Positions 55,697 to 64,000 of a stretch of 64,000 nt of DNA are shown in pieces. Below the pieces are notes generated by a model. The model saw only the letters and a list, made by a program, of their open reading frames with translations, was not told where the DNA came from and made no database searches. Positions within the stretch are counted from its first letter, which is position 1, and each line of letters starts with the position of its first letter. Source of the DNA: Spirochaetota bacterium (GTDB lineage Bacteria; Spirochaetota; UBA4802; JAFGDQ01); NCBI GenBank assembly GCA_016932015.1, contig JAFGDQ010000037.1:19918-83917 (forward strand), written 5' to 3'. Position numbers and translations under genes: made by a program.

Positions 55697-56731
55697 ATGA
55701 GTATTGTTTCAAATAAACCCACTATCACGCGTAAAGAAATGGAAGGAGTGCTTGACTGCCTGATAAACGGTGAACTTATAAGCGGCTATTCTGTAAAAAA
55801 TTTTGAAAATGCAATTTCCGCACTTTTAAAGACAAGATTTTCACTCTCTACGAATTCATCAACTTCCGCCTACCATTTGGTATTCAAAGCACTGGAGATA
55901 GGGAATTCTGATGAAGTAATTGTGCCTTCTTTTTTTGATATTGCTCCTTTAAGCGCAATAACTCTCGCGGGAGCTTCTGCAATACTAACTGACATAGAAG
56001 AAAACTCTTTTGCTCCTTCTCCTGATCAGATAAAAGCAAAAATTACTGACAGGACCAAGGCGATTGTTATAGGCCACAATTTCGGATTTCCAGTGGATAT
56101 TACCGGCCTGGCAGAAATAAATATACCAATAATTGAAGATTTATCTCATATTATTGGCGGAGAAATCCGTGAAGAATCTTTATCGAATGTTATTAATGTT
56201 GTATCTTTTGCTCCGGGATCACTAATTACAACAGGAAACGGGGGAGTAATTTCAACCGGCAACTCACGTTTGTATTCAACAATGAAAGATTACAGGGATA
56301 ATCGCTCAAACAACCTTAACATTGGTTATGATTATTGTTTAACAGATTTTCAGGCTGCTATGGGAATTCATCAGTTAAACAGATTACAGGCTTTTATTAA
56401 AAGAAGAAAAGACATTGCAAAGCTTTATTATGATTCAATGAAATTCTCGAATCACAAACTTTTTTATCATTTTAGTGAAGAATTTCTTTATCAGTCTTTT
56501 CCGGTAATTTTTGACTCACCCCTCGATAAAGTTGAAAGCTACTGGAAAAAAGCCAAAATTGAGATATCGAGGCCTGTTTCAATACCGCTTCACAAATATT
56601 TAAACCTGAAGCCGATGGATTATCCAAACAGTGAGCGCTTATCAAACAAATTGTTCTCTTTACCTATTTATCCCGGATTAACCAAAAAGGAAATAGAAAA
56701 GATATCAAAAGCTGTTGCTAAATTTCTTTAA
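55697..56731 (+). CDS. DegT/DnrJ/EryC1/StrS-family aminotransferase-fold protein lacking the PLP lysine
   Basis: 344 aa; family-like N-terminus; the segment VSFAPGSLITTGNGG aligns to the canonical FSFHATKPITTGEGG with Lys->Ser and Glu->Asn. Confidence 0.6.
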   Translation: MSIVSNKPTITRKEMEGVLDCLINGELISGYSVKNFENAISALLKTRFSLSTNSSTSAYHLVFKALEIGNSDEVIVPSFFDIAPLSAITLAGASAILTDIEENSFAPSPDQIKAKITDRTKAIVIGHNFGFPVDITGLAEINIPIIEDLSHIIGGEIREESLSNVINVVSFAPGSLITTGNGGVISTGNSRLYSTMKDYRDNRSNNLNIGYDYCLTDFQAAMGIHQLNRLQAFIKRRKDIAKLYYDSMKFSNHKLFYHFSEEFLYQSFPVIFDSPLDKVESYWKKAKIEISRPVSIPLHKYLNLKPMDYPNSERLSNKLFSLPIYPGLTKKEIEKISKAVAKFL

Positions 56732-56744
56732 TATAAGGACAAAA

Positions 56745-56778
56745 AAGCTTCAAATTTATTCTTTTGAGGCTTTTTTTT
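56745..56778 (+). terminator. rho-independent terminator after the DegT-like gene
   Basis: 10-bp stem AAGCUUCAAA/UUUGAGGCUU with one G-U pair, 7-nt loop, then eight U residues. Confidence 0.7.
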
Positions 56779-56796
56779 CTTCTATAGTGTAGGAAC

Positions 56797-57723
56797 TTAC
56801 ATTAAAATATTATTTTCCAGAATCCCGATAATGTCATCTCTGCTGCCTGCTCTCATTAACTGCGCTCTCAGAATTTTACTATTCCTTAATCCGCGTGTAT
56901 ATTTAGCCGCATGCTTTCTGAATAAAATAATACCGCTTTCGCCGTAAAAATCCAGCATCAGATCAAGATGCTTTTTTATCTGATCTGTAAGTTCGTTTTC
57001 ATCAGGGACACGACCGGAAAAAATCCACGGATTGCCTATTGCTCCTCTTCCGATCATTACAGCATCACATCCTGAGATTTTCAGGCGCATCATAGCTTCA
57101 GAATATGAATTGATATCCCCATTACCTATTACCGGAACTTTACTGATGGATTTAATTTCCCTGATAATGTCCCAGTCAGTCTCTCCCCTGAAAGCCTGGG
57201 ACCTTGTTCTGCCATGAACAGAAATAAGGGATATACCGGCTTCCTGCAGTACATTAACAACCTCAATATAGTTTAATGTATCAGCATCAATTCCTATTCT
57301 GATCTTCGCAGTAACAGGCACTGAAACGCTCGTCACTATTTTGTTTGTTATTTCAGCAATCAAATCCGGTTTGCTTAATAAAGCCGCGCCAGAGCCGCTG
57401 CCGAAAACCCTTCTGACTGAGCAGCCCATATTTATGTCAATGAAATCCGGCTTCCATTCCTGAACAATTACCGCGGCTTCACGCATTACTTCAACGTCAT
57501 TTCCAAATACCTGAATACCAATAGGCCTTTCTTCTTCACAAAACCTTAGTAAATCTGTTGTTTTTGTATTTCTTCTTATTATGCCGTCAGCACTGATCAG
57601 TTCAGAAATTACTGCGCCCGAGCCGTGTCTTCTTGCGATTCTCCTGTATGGAGAGTCTGAATAACCGGCCATAGGTGCCAGGATAAGATTGCTTTTTATA
57701 GTAAAATCACCAATTTTTATCAT
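56797..57723 (-). CDS. dus: tRNA-dihydrouridine synthase
   Basis: 308 aa; TIM-barrel FMN enzyme motifs LAPMAGYSD..IDINMGC. Confidence 0.88.
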   Translation of the reverse strand: MIKIGDFTIKSNLILAPMAGYSDSPYRRIARRHGSGAVISELISADGIIRRNTKTTDLLRFCEEERPIGIQVFGNDVEVMREAAVIVQEWKPDFIDINMGCSVRRVFGSGSGAALLSKPDLIAEITNKIVTSVSVPVTAKIRIGIDADTLNYIEVVNVLQEAGISLISVHGRTRSQAFRGETDWDIIREIKSISKVPVIGNGDINSYSEAMMRLKISGCDAVMIGRGAIGNPWIFSGRVPDENELTDQIKKHLDLMLDFYGESGIILFRKHAAKYTRGLRNSKILRAQLMRAGSRDDIIGILENNILM

Positions 57724-57821
57724 TATTGAAAAATCAAAATATCCTGAAAAATATAATTACAGCTGAATCAAAACGATGCAGAAACTCCGAAGCTTAAAAT
57801 GTGTGAAAAATATGATTCGCC

Positions 57822-58730
57822 TTATTTATCTGATGTAAGATACGGATTCCCCTGCCCTTTTGTCGAGTTTCCATTGCCGGAACCTCCTCCGGAACCGGCA
57901 GTTGAACTGTTACTTGCATCTGTAGAATCAAAATAGCTGAAAGAATAATAGAAAATCAACTTAAAATGTGAATGGAAATAATATGCAGCACTAATATTTG
58001 TTCCGAAGATATTGTAATCATCTGAATCTCTGCCTGCAGATACTCCGGCCATTAAAAAATACAGTCCACCCGGCGCATAAATACAACCCGCACGAAAAAT
58101 ATTTTTAATGTAATCACTTCCTGTGGAGTCAAAATAAAGTGTTGAATATGTATATGTAAGATCAAAACCTGTGGAATCATTAAAATAATAATCTATCCCG
58201 AAATCCAAATCCTGCGCGGTTGATTCAATTTCATTCGAATCAATTTGATAATTAAAATCTTCATAAGAATAAGCGCCCGATATTATTGCGGAAGCAATTT
58301 CAAGTTCAATATTTACGTAATATATATTTCTTGATAAATTATTGCCACTCAGTTCTTTTAAATCCTCCGCCCTGCTGTATTCGCCCGAAAGCATAAAATA
58401 CTTATAAATATAAATTCTAAGGGATGCTCCGGCCTCACTGAATGATCTGTAATCGTATTCACCGTTTCCATCTGTAATCTGATAATTAAAATACTGATTA
58501 AAATAAGAGGCAATACCCAGATAATCCATTTTATACAGAGCTTTAATTCCTGTTACGTTGTAAGCGTAGGATTCGGACATTCCTGTTGAATATACACCTT
58601 TGGTTTCCAGATTCAAGTCAACATGGAAATTATTGTTTATTCCACGGGCAACTAAACCCGTTTTACTGCCAATAAAAACAGCTAAAAACAGGATAAATAC
58701 AGAAATACGGAATTTCATTTTAACGTCCAA
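57822..58730 (-). CDS. secreted Tyr/Asn-rich beta-strand protein (putative outer-membrane beta-barrel)
   Basis: 302 aa; signal peptide; alternating aromatic/hydrophilic strands; Gly/Ser/Asn-rich C-terminus; no terminal aromatic residue. Confidence 0.45.
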   Translation of the reverse strand: MDVKMKFRISVFILFLAVFIGSKTGLVARGINNNFHVDLNLETKGVYSTGMSESYAYNVTGIKALYKMDYLGIASYFNQYFNYQITDGNGEYDYRSFSEAGASLRIYIYKYFMLSGEYSRAEDLKELSGNNLSRNIYYVNIELEIASAIISGAYSYEDFNYQIDSNEIESTAQDLDFGIDYYFNDSTGFDLTYTYSTLYFDSTGSDYIKNIFRAGCIYAPGGLYFLMAGVSAGRDSDDYNIFGTNISAAYYFHSHFKLIFYYSFSYFDSTDASNSSTAGSGGGSGNGNSTKGQGNPYLTSDK

Positions 58731-58854
58731 ACTTAAAATATTTCCCCGGGAAATATAAACAATAAGCTGCTTTTACATGAACTGTTCTGAAAAATGTTAA
58801 CATAGCATGAAAAACCTGCACTGCATGTACCAGCTTTGTTATAAGTATAATAAT

Positions 58855-58884
58855 AAATAACAAGAGGATTTCCTCTTGTTATTT
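58855..58884. terminator. perfect 14-bp hairpin, likely bidirectional terminator
   Basis: aaataacaagagga / tcctcttgttattt with AT-rich flanks; about 130 bp downstream of the K/E-rich gene stop on the minus strand. Confidence 0.5.
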
Positions 58885-59012
58885 ATAGAATACAGCATAA
58901 AATATTTCGAAATACTTTAAAAGCATTTTATATAATTCTGTAAGCGGAAAATATTTCTTAATAAAAATACTGCATCCGTTACACAGCATTTAATAAATGC
59001 TTTTCCTGATTT

Positions 59013-59330
59013 TTATTTCTGATTTGATGTTTTGACCTTATTACGTCTCTGATTCCTGATCTTCTCTTTCAAGTCTTTTTTTACCTGCTTCTTATTTTTT
59101 ATCCGTTCCCGATTCCGGTCCTTATTTTCCTGGTCGTTATTATTCTGATTCATTTCCTGCTCTTTCAGTTTTATCCGATCCTTCTGCTGTTCCTTTTCCT
59201 GAATCTGCTTTTTATTCTGTATTTTCTCCTGTTCTTTAACCTTTTTCTGTTCCTGAATTTTATCCTGTGCTGATAAGGTTACTGCAGTTCCCAGTAATAG
59301 TATACTGGCAAATGCTATAATTTTTTTCAT
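59013..59330 (-). CDS. small secreted Lys/Gln/Glu-rich low-complexity protein
   Basis: 105 aa from the internal ATG at 59330 (GGAGG RBS; MKKIIAFASILLLGTAVTLSA signal peptide); the track ORF extension to 59501 lacks a signal peptide and would overlap the sigma gene. Confidence 0.55.
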   Translation of the reverse strand: MKKIIAFASILLLGTAVTLSAQDKIQEQKKVKEQEKIQNKKQIQEKEQQKDRIKLKEQEMNQNNNDQENKDRNRERIKNKKQVKKDLKEKIRNQRRNKVKTSNQK

Positions 59331-59414
59331 TGACGGCCTCCAGTTTATTAATAAATATTTTGCTTCCCGCAACATCTTGTAATACAATTCAGAATAAAAT
59401 AGCGGACATTTTTT

Positions 59415-59972
59415 ATGACAGAAAACCGGATTATTAGAGAAATTTATAATCTCTACCATAAAGAATTGTTTATTTATATCTACAGATTCATCAGAGCACA
59501 AGAGACATCTGAAGACATACTGCAGGATACTTTTTACAATCTTATTAAATATTCAGAAAACCACAATATAGATAAAAGCAGGGCCAGAGCATTCCTGTAC
59601 AGGACAGCTCATAATCTATGCATAAACTACAAAAAGAGACAAACCAGCATCAGCTTTTCCGCTCTTGATGAAACCAGCAATATTTCCGCGTCAGACAATA
59701 TACTTGATAATTTACAGTCCAGGGAACTGGAAAAAAAAATATATGAATTATTAAATGAAACTGATCCGGTCTCAAGATCTATTTTCATTATGAAGAAGGA
59801 GTTGGATATGACAATTGATGAAATAGCAGACAACACGGGAAAATCACATCGGACTGTACGGAGAAAATTGCAAAAGACATTGACTTATCTTTATGAAAAT
59901 TTAAGAAAAAACGGGATCATTTTATTATTAATCATCCTGAAATTGTCATTTCTGGACAAGTTAATTGTATAA
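59415..59972 (+). CDS. ECF-type sigma-70 family RNA polymerase sigma factor
   Basis: 185 aa; region 2 (SEDILQDTFYNLIKY, FLYRTAHNLCINY) and region 4.2 HTH (MTIDEIADNTGKSHRTVRRKLQKT); unusual hydrophobic C-terminal 18 aa. Confidence 0.8.
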   Translation: MTENRIIREIYNLYHKELFIYIYRFIRAQETSEDILQDTFYNLIKYSENHNIDKSRARAFLYRTAHNLCINYKKRQTSISFSALDETSNISASDNILDNLQSRELEKKIYELLNETDPVSRSIFIMKKELDMTIDEIADNTGKSHRTVRRKLQKTLTYLYENLRKNGIILLLIILKLSFLDKLIV

Positions 59973-59991
59973 TAATCAGATTGAGAAAATT

Positions 59992-61107
59992 ATGATAAAA
60001 CCCTGTAAACATCCGGATAAAAATAAGCTTATCGAATATATTCTTAATTCCCGGAATAACTATACATCATATATAAGTGATCATTTAAAAGAATGTGAAG
60101 AGTGCAAAAAACTTTTTGCTTCATTAAAAAATATTCTTATAAAATCTGAAAATTCAGGCCTTGCTCCTTCAAATCATACAGCTGACAGAATTTTCAATCA
60201 TTTGAATAAGCAGCAGAACATTAAAGAAAAATCCCGGATAAATTCTTTCAGACAAATGATACTAAAGCCTGCAACAGCATCATTAGTCGTATTATGCGTG
60301 ACAGGTATATTCTTTGTATATAATTATTTTAAAATACTTCCTGGCACTGAAAAAATATCCCTTTCATTATTGCAGAACAACGGAACTATATTTCATGAGA
60401 ATAAAATAATAAAGGAAAGGACTTTTGCTGTTAACAGCGGCTCAATAACCACAAATAACAATTCATCCGCAACTTTAAGCCTGAATTATTTCTTTAACAT
60501 CAGAATTGTGGAAAATACTGAATTATTTATTCAATCTGCTGCGCAATCAAGGACTAAAGATGGAAGTGTATATGAACTTAATTTTGAATTGAAGACAGGC
60601 AATATTTTTGCAGAGTGGAAAGACCATAAAATCCGGAAAAATATTACAGTTAAAACAAAACACGCAGATTTTCAGCCGATTGGGACCGGATTCATCCTTT
60701 CCAGAAAAAATAATCTTACCAGACTTGCAGTTATTGAAGGCAGTGTCAGAATATCAATCAAAAAATCAGGTGATACATATATTATTAAATCAGGTGAAGG
60801 ATATATCATCAGTAATACATCACATAAAATCCGTATAAATACTGAAAATGAAGTCAGAAATTTTAATACTCTCTTTAATAAAAAAGATTCCTCTTTGAAG
60901 AACGCTGAAAAATCAGGGGCTAAAGCGCAACAGTACCATAAGAAAAAAAATAATTCTGAAACCAATAAAGAGAAAAATGAAAAGGCAATAAAGAATAAGG
61001 CTATTGATGAAATGAAAAACGAAAAAAAATCAATGCAAAGAGAAAACAGAAAAAAAAGAAAAGAAATGCTTAAGAATATCCGATCCAGTAAAAACTCCAA
61101 AAGTTAA
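59992..61107 (+). CDS. anti-sigma factor (ZAS-like N-terminus, TM helix, FecR-like periplasmic domain, K/E-rich tail)
   Basis: the track ORF starts at a TTG (59965); the ATG at 59992 has a GAGAAAA RBS; HLKECEECKK zinc motif; TM ASLVVLCVTGIFFVY; FecR-like LAVIEGSVRI; about 80-aa lysine-rich C-terminus. Confidence 0.65.
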   Translation: MIKPCKHPDKNKLIEYILNSRNNYTSYISDHLKECEECKKLFASLKNILIKSENSGLAPSNHTADRIFNHLNKQQNIKEKSRINSFRQMILKPATASLVVLCVTGIFFVYNYFKILPGTEKISLSLLQNNGTIFHENKIIKERTFAVNSGSITTNNNSSATLSLNYFFNIRIVENTELFIQSAAQSRTKDGSVYELNFELKTGNIFAEWKDHKIRKNITVKTKHADFQPIGTGFILSRKNNLTRLAVIEGSVRISIKKSGDTYIIKSGEGYIISNTSHKIRINTENEVRNFNTLFNKKDSSLKNAEKSGAKAQQYHKKKNNSETNKEKNEKAIKNKAIDEMKNEKKSMQRENRKKRKEMLKNIRSSKNSKS

Positions 61108-61235
61108 TTCCAGAAAACAGTCAGGAAATCCAATAATTTATAAAATATTTAACTCATTTTGATTGATTTTTAACAGATGATACTGATAAACTGAACCAGT
61201 TACTCAATAACAATATCAACAATACCGGGTATCTA

Positions 61236-62585
61236 ATGAAACACTTTGATCTTTTAATCATAGGCGGTGTTGCAGCAGGTATGAGCGCAGCATCACAGGC
61301 ACGCAGGTATAATGAAAATATCTCAATCGGAGTTTTTGAGAAAAGTGATTTTATTTCATATGGTGCATGCGGAATGCCGTATCTCATCAGCAATCTTATT
61401 ACTGATTATAAAAAACTTCTGGCTGTTGATAAAAACAAATACATCAATGAACGCAATATACAGATATTTACTAACTCTGAAGTTACAGAAGTAAATTTTA
61501 AAGAAAAAAATGTTTCGGTAAAACATGCCGATTCACTGGAGAAATATTCCTATGACAAGCTTGTTATAGCAACCGGAGCAAAGGCAGTAATTCCGCCTAT
61601 AAAAGGGATGGACAGTGAAAAGGTATACACACTTCGCAATCTTGACGACGGCCTGGAAATAAAAAAATATCTCGAGCTTGTAAAGCCTGAAAAAGGAGTT
61701 ATTATCGGAGGAGGTGCTATAGGCCTTGAAATGGCTGAGTCTTTAAGGGCCTTAGATATTGAAACGATAATCCTTGAAAAAATGGACATAATTGCTGCTG
61801 CGTTTTCCGAAGAAGTCAGAAAAACAATTACTGATGAATTAATCAGAAACAATGTATCCATAATTACAGGAGCCGACATCCAGGAAATAGCTGAAAAAGA
61901 AAATGGCATGCAGATTCAATATAACGGACATATCATAGATACTGATTTTATCATTGCGTCAATCGGAGTAAGGCCTAATACAGATTTTCTTAAAAATACA
62001 GGATTAAATATGACCGGCCGCGGCGCGATTATTATAAATGAAAAATCAGAAACCAATATTGAGAATGTTTATGCGGCAGGCGATTGCTGTACTGTCAGGA
62101 ATCTGATCACAAAAGATGATGTTTACATGCCCCTCGGAACAACCTCAAATAAACAGGGGAGAGTTGCGGGCCTGCAGGCAGCAGGTATTAACTCTGAAAG
62201 ATTCAAAGGAGTTGTCGGAACACAATTTGTAAAAGTATTTGATCTTGAAATAGCAAAGACGGGATTATCAGAGAAAGAAGCAGCCGAACATGGAATTAAT
62301 ACAGATTCAGCAGAAGTTTACCGGAGATCCAAAGCCGGTTATTACCCTAATGCAGAAAAAATTTTTATAAAAATAATAATTAATAAAGATGACCGCACAA
62401 TTATAGGCGGAGAAGCTGCGGGGAAAGACGGTGCTGCACAGAGAGTAAATATTTTAGCTGCAGCAATCACTGCAGGAATGAATATAGAGGATTTTGCTTA
62501 TATGGACCTTGGCTATGCTCCCCCGTTTTCTCCTGTTTGGGATTCTCTGCTTGCCGGGGCACAGAAGCTTTTAATAAGAAACTAA
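61236..62585 (+). CDS. FAD-dependent pyridine nucleotide-disulfide oxidoreductase (CoA-disulfide reductase / NADH oxidase family)
   Basis: 449 aa; FAD GxGxxG (IIGGVAAGMSAA); single redox Cys in SYGACGMPY; second NAD(P) GGGAIGLE. Confidence 0.8.
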   Translation: MKHFDLLIIGGVAAGMSAASQARRYNENISIGVFEKSDFISYGACGMPYLISNLITDYKKLLAVDKNKYINERNIQIFTNSEVTEVNFKEKNVSVKHADSLEKYSYDKLVIATGAKAVIPPIKGMDSEKVYTLRNLDDGLEIKKYLELVKPEKGVIIGGGAIGLEMAESLRALDIETIILEKMDIIAAAFSEEVRKTITDELIRNNVSIITGADIQEIAEKENGMQIQYNGHIIDTDFIIASIGVRPNTDFLKNTGLNMTGRGAIIINEKSETNIENVYAAGDCCTVRNLITKDDVYMPLGTTSNKQGRVAGLQAAGINSERFKGVVGTQFVKVFDLEIAKTGLSEKEAAEHGINTDSAEVYRRSKAGYYPNAEKIFIKIIINKDDRTIIGGEAAGKDGAAQRVNILAAAITAGMNIEDFAYMDLGYAPPFSPVWDSLLAGAQKLLIRN

Positions 62586-62871
62586 ACCAGGCTTAATTTA
62601 AAAAAGTTCCCCGGAGAAACACTTCCAGCTATATTTTTTAAAAAAATCATTGAAAAATATACTGCAACTATTCTATTGCTAAAAAATATATATTAACAAT
62701 ATAATATTTTCAATTACATATCATATTGTTATATCTTAATTTAATTCTTCAACTGAATAAAATATGCTATTTAACAATTAATTACATCTTTATTTTTTAA
62801 TAGATGTACTCCCACCAGGGCTTTAATAATACCAACAACACAATATATTAATTATATTTTCCGGAGAGAAT

Positions 62872-64000
62872 ATGCTGGCAAAAGTAAAATCACTTGATGT
62901 ACACGGAATTGAAGCTCATTTAGTCGATATTGAAGCTGATATAGTAAAAGGACTTCCGAATTTTACTATCGTAGGATTACCGGATTCGACGATCAGGGAA
63001 TCGAGAGAGAGAATAAGGTCCGCAATTGAAAATTCGGGAATGGAATTCCCTCCGAATAATTTTGTTGTCAATCTTGCTCCTGCCGGATTCAAAAAACAGG
63101 GCTCCAATTTTGACCTTCCGGTTGCTCTTGCAATTTTGATGGTTACCGGCCAGGTAGATATTGAAACTGAATCAGTTGCTATTGTAGGTGAGCTGTCACT
63201 TGATGGAAAAGTACGCCCCATAAAAGGTACAATTTCAATGGCTATTTCTCTTTACAGTTCGGAAATAAAAAAGCTTATAGTGCCTTATGAAAACCGATTT
63301 GAAGCCTCTGCTATTGAAGAAATTGATGTATATCCTGTTAAGGATCTTAATGAAGCTCTTTCGGCATGTAAAAACGGGATTGCACCGTTTAACGAAAAAA
63401 AAGAACAGGAACATTTATATGACTTCAAATATGATTTCAGAGACGTAAAAGGCCAGGAAACGGCAAAAAGAGCAATAGAAATTGCAGCTGCAGGCAACCA
63501 CAATATTTTAATGTACGGGCCGCCCGGTTCCGGGAAGACAATGCTTGCTAAAAGAATTCCTTCTATTCTTCCGCCTCTGAACAAAGATCAGTCCATAGCA
63601 ACTACAATGATACATTCAGTGGGCGGAACACTCAGATATGAAGAAGGATTGCTGAAAAGTCCGCCGTTCAGATCACCGCATCACACAACTTCTGATGCCG
63701 CGCTTGTCGGAGGCGGAAGAATTCCCTCAGTAGGAGAAATATCCCTTGCTCATAACGGTATTCTTTTTCTGGATGAATTCGTAGAATTTAAAAACGATGT
63801 CTTACAGGCGCTGAGACAGCCGCTTGAAGACTGCGAAATAACCGTTGCAAGAGCCAGCGGCAGCTATAAATTTCCGGCAGATTTTATGCTTGTAGCTTCG
63901 AGTAATCCGTGTCAATGCGGATACTTCTTAGACCCGGAAATCCCCTGCAAATGCTCTCTTTCAAAAGTTAAAAGCTATTTTCAGAAAATTGCCGGCCCGA
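62872..64000 (+). CDS. comM: Mg-chelatase-like AAA+ ATPase ComM/YifB (3' end beyond window)
   Basis: hand-read: MLAKVKSLDVHGIEAHLVDIEADI...; Lon-like N-terminal domain, Walker A GPPGSGKTMLA; runs off the window end. Confidence 0.8.
   Translation, partial: MLAKVKSLDVHGIEAHLVDIEADIVKGLPNFTIVGLPDSTIRESRERIRSAIENSGMEFPPNNFVVNLAPAGFKKQGSNFDLPVALAILMVTGQVDIETESVAIVGELSLDGKVRPIKGTISMAISLYSSEIKKLIVPYENRFEASAIEEIDVYPVKDLNEALSACKNGIAPFNEKKEQEHLYDFKYDFRDVKGQETAKRAIEIAAAGNHNILMYGPPGSGKTMLAKRIPSILPPLNKDQSIATTMIHSVGGTLRYEEGLLKSPPFRSPHHTTSDAALVGGGRIPSVGEISLAHNGILFLDEFVEFKNDVLQALRQPLEDCEITVARASGSYKFPADFMLVASSNPCQCGYFLDPEIPCKCSLSKVKSYFQKIAGP

Noticed and set aside
59331-59501. 57-codon extension of the K/E-rich ORF (MCSDESVDINKQFF...)
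   Set aside because: It would overlap the start of the divergent sigma gene and would bury the signal peptide internally. The internal ATG with a GGAGG RBS gives a clean secreted protein.
62916-63584. Two minus-strand ORFs (101 and 99 aa) at the window end
   Set aside because: They are antisense to a clearly recognisable comM/yifB reading frame (MLAKVKSLDVHGIEAHLVDIEADI..., Walker A GPPGSGKTM) that the ORF track omitted only because it runs off the window.
1-64000. Search for CRISPR arrays, IS elements, integrases, phage genes or toxin-antitoxin pairs
   Set aside because: I saw no direct-repeat/spacer periodicity and no transposase, integrase or recombinase-like ORF. GC and codon usage look uniform, so there is no evidence of a mobile or defence island.

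Overview
This is a low-GC (about 30%), AT-rich bacterial chromosomal window that is almost entirely core housekeeping genes. The taxon is not assignable from sequence alone. A lipoprotein RlpA with a SPOR domain and a putative beta-rich outer-membrane protein suggest a diderm, and che genes suggest a motile one.

Main content, in order:
- 18-10961 (minus strand): Gfo/Idh/MocA oxidoreductase, aroB, a Nudix hydrolase, rnc, acpP, rpmF, a TPR membrane protein, rpsA, cmk, tyrA, pheA, scpB, scpA.
- 11158-16705 (minus): a chemotaxis operon cheW-cheA-cheB-cheY. CheA is 1114 aa, with a long acidic linker and a C-terminal CheC/CheX-like phosphatase domain.
- 16978-22440: a short divergent segment with an HD phosphohydrolase, a small membrane protein, relA/spoT, maf, an orphan TM-HAMP protein and a secreted hypothetical.
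- 22447-54217 (minus): a roughly 31.7-kb uninterrupted block of translation and transcription genes: tRNA-Thr, rpmG, secE, nusG, rplKAJL, rpoBC, rpsLG, fusA, tuf, the S10, spc and alpha operons, ending at rplQ.
- 54321-64000: a more accessory-looking tail with rlpA, a DegT-like protein lacking the PLP lysine, dus, a Tyr/Asn-rich beta protein, a small secreted K/Q/E-rich protein, an ECF sigma factor with a zinc-finger/FecR-type anti-sigma, a CoA-disulfide-reductase/NADH-oxidase-family flavoprotein, and the 5' part of comM/yifB.

I found no rRNA, CRISPR array, transposase, integrase or obvious defence island. The features I could not explain from well-known families are the CheA-CheX fusion, the ECF sigma/anti-sigma/K-E-rich module, the DegT-like pseudoenzyme, the orphan HAMP protein, and several unusually long, palindrome-bearing spacers inside the ribosomal operons.
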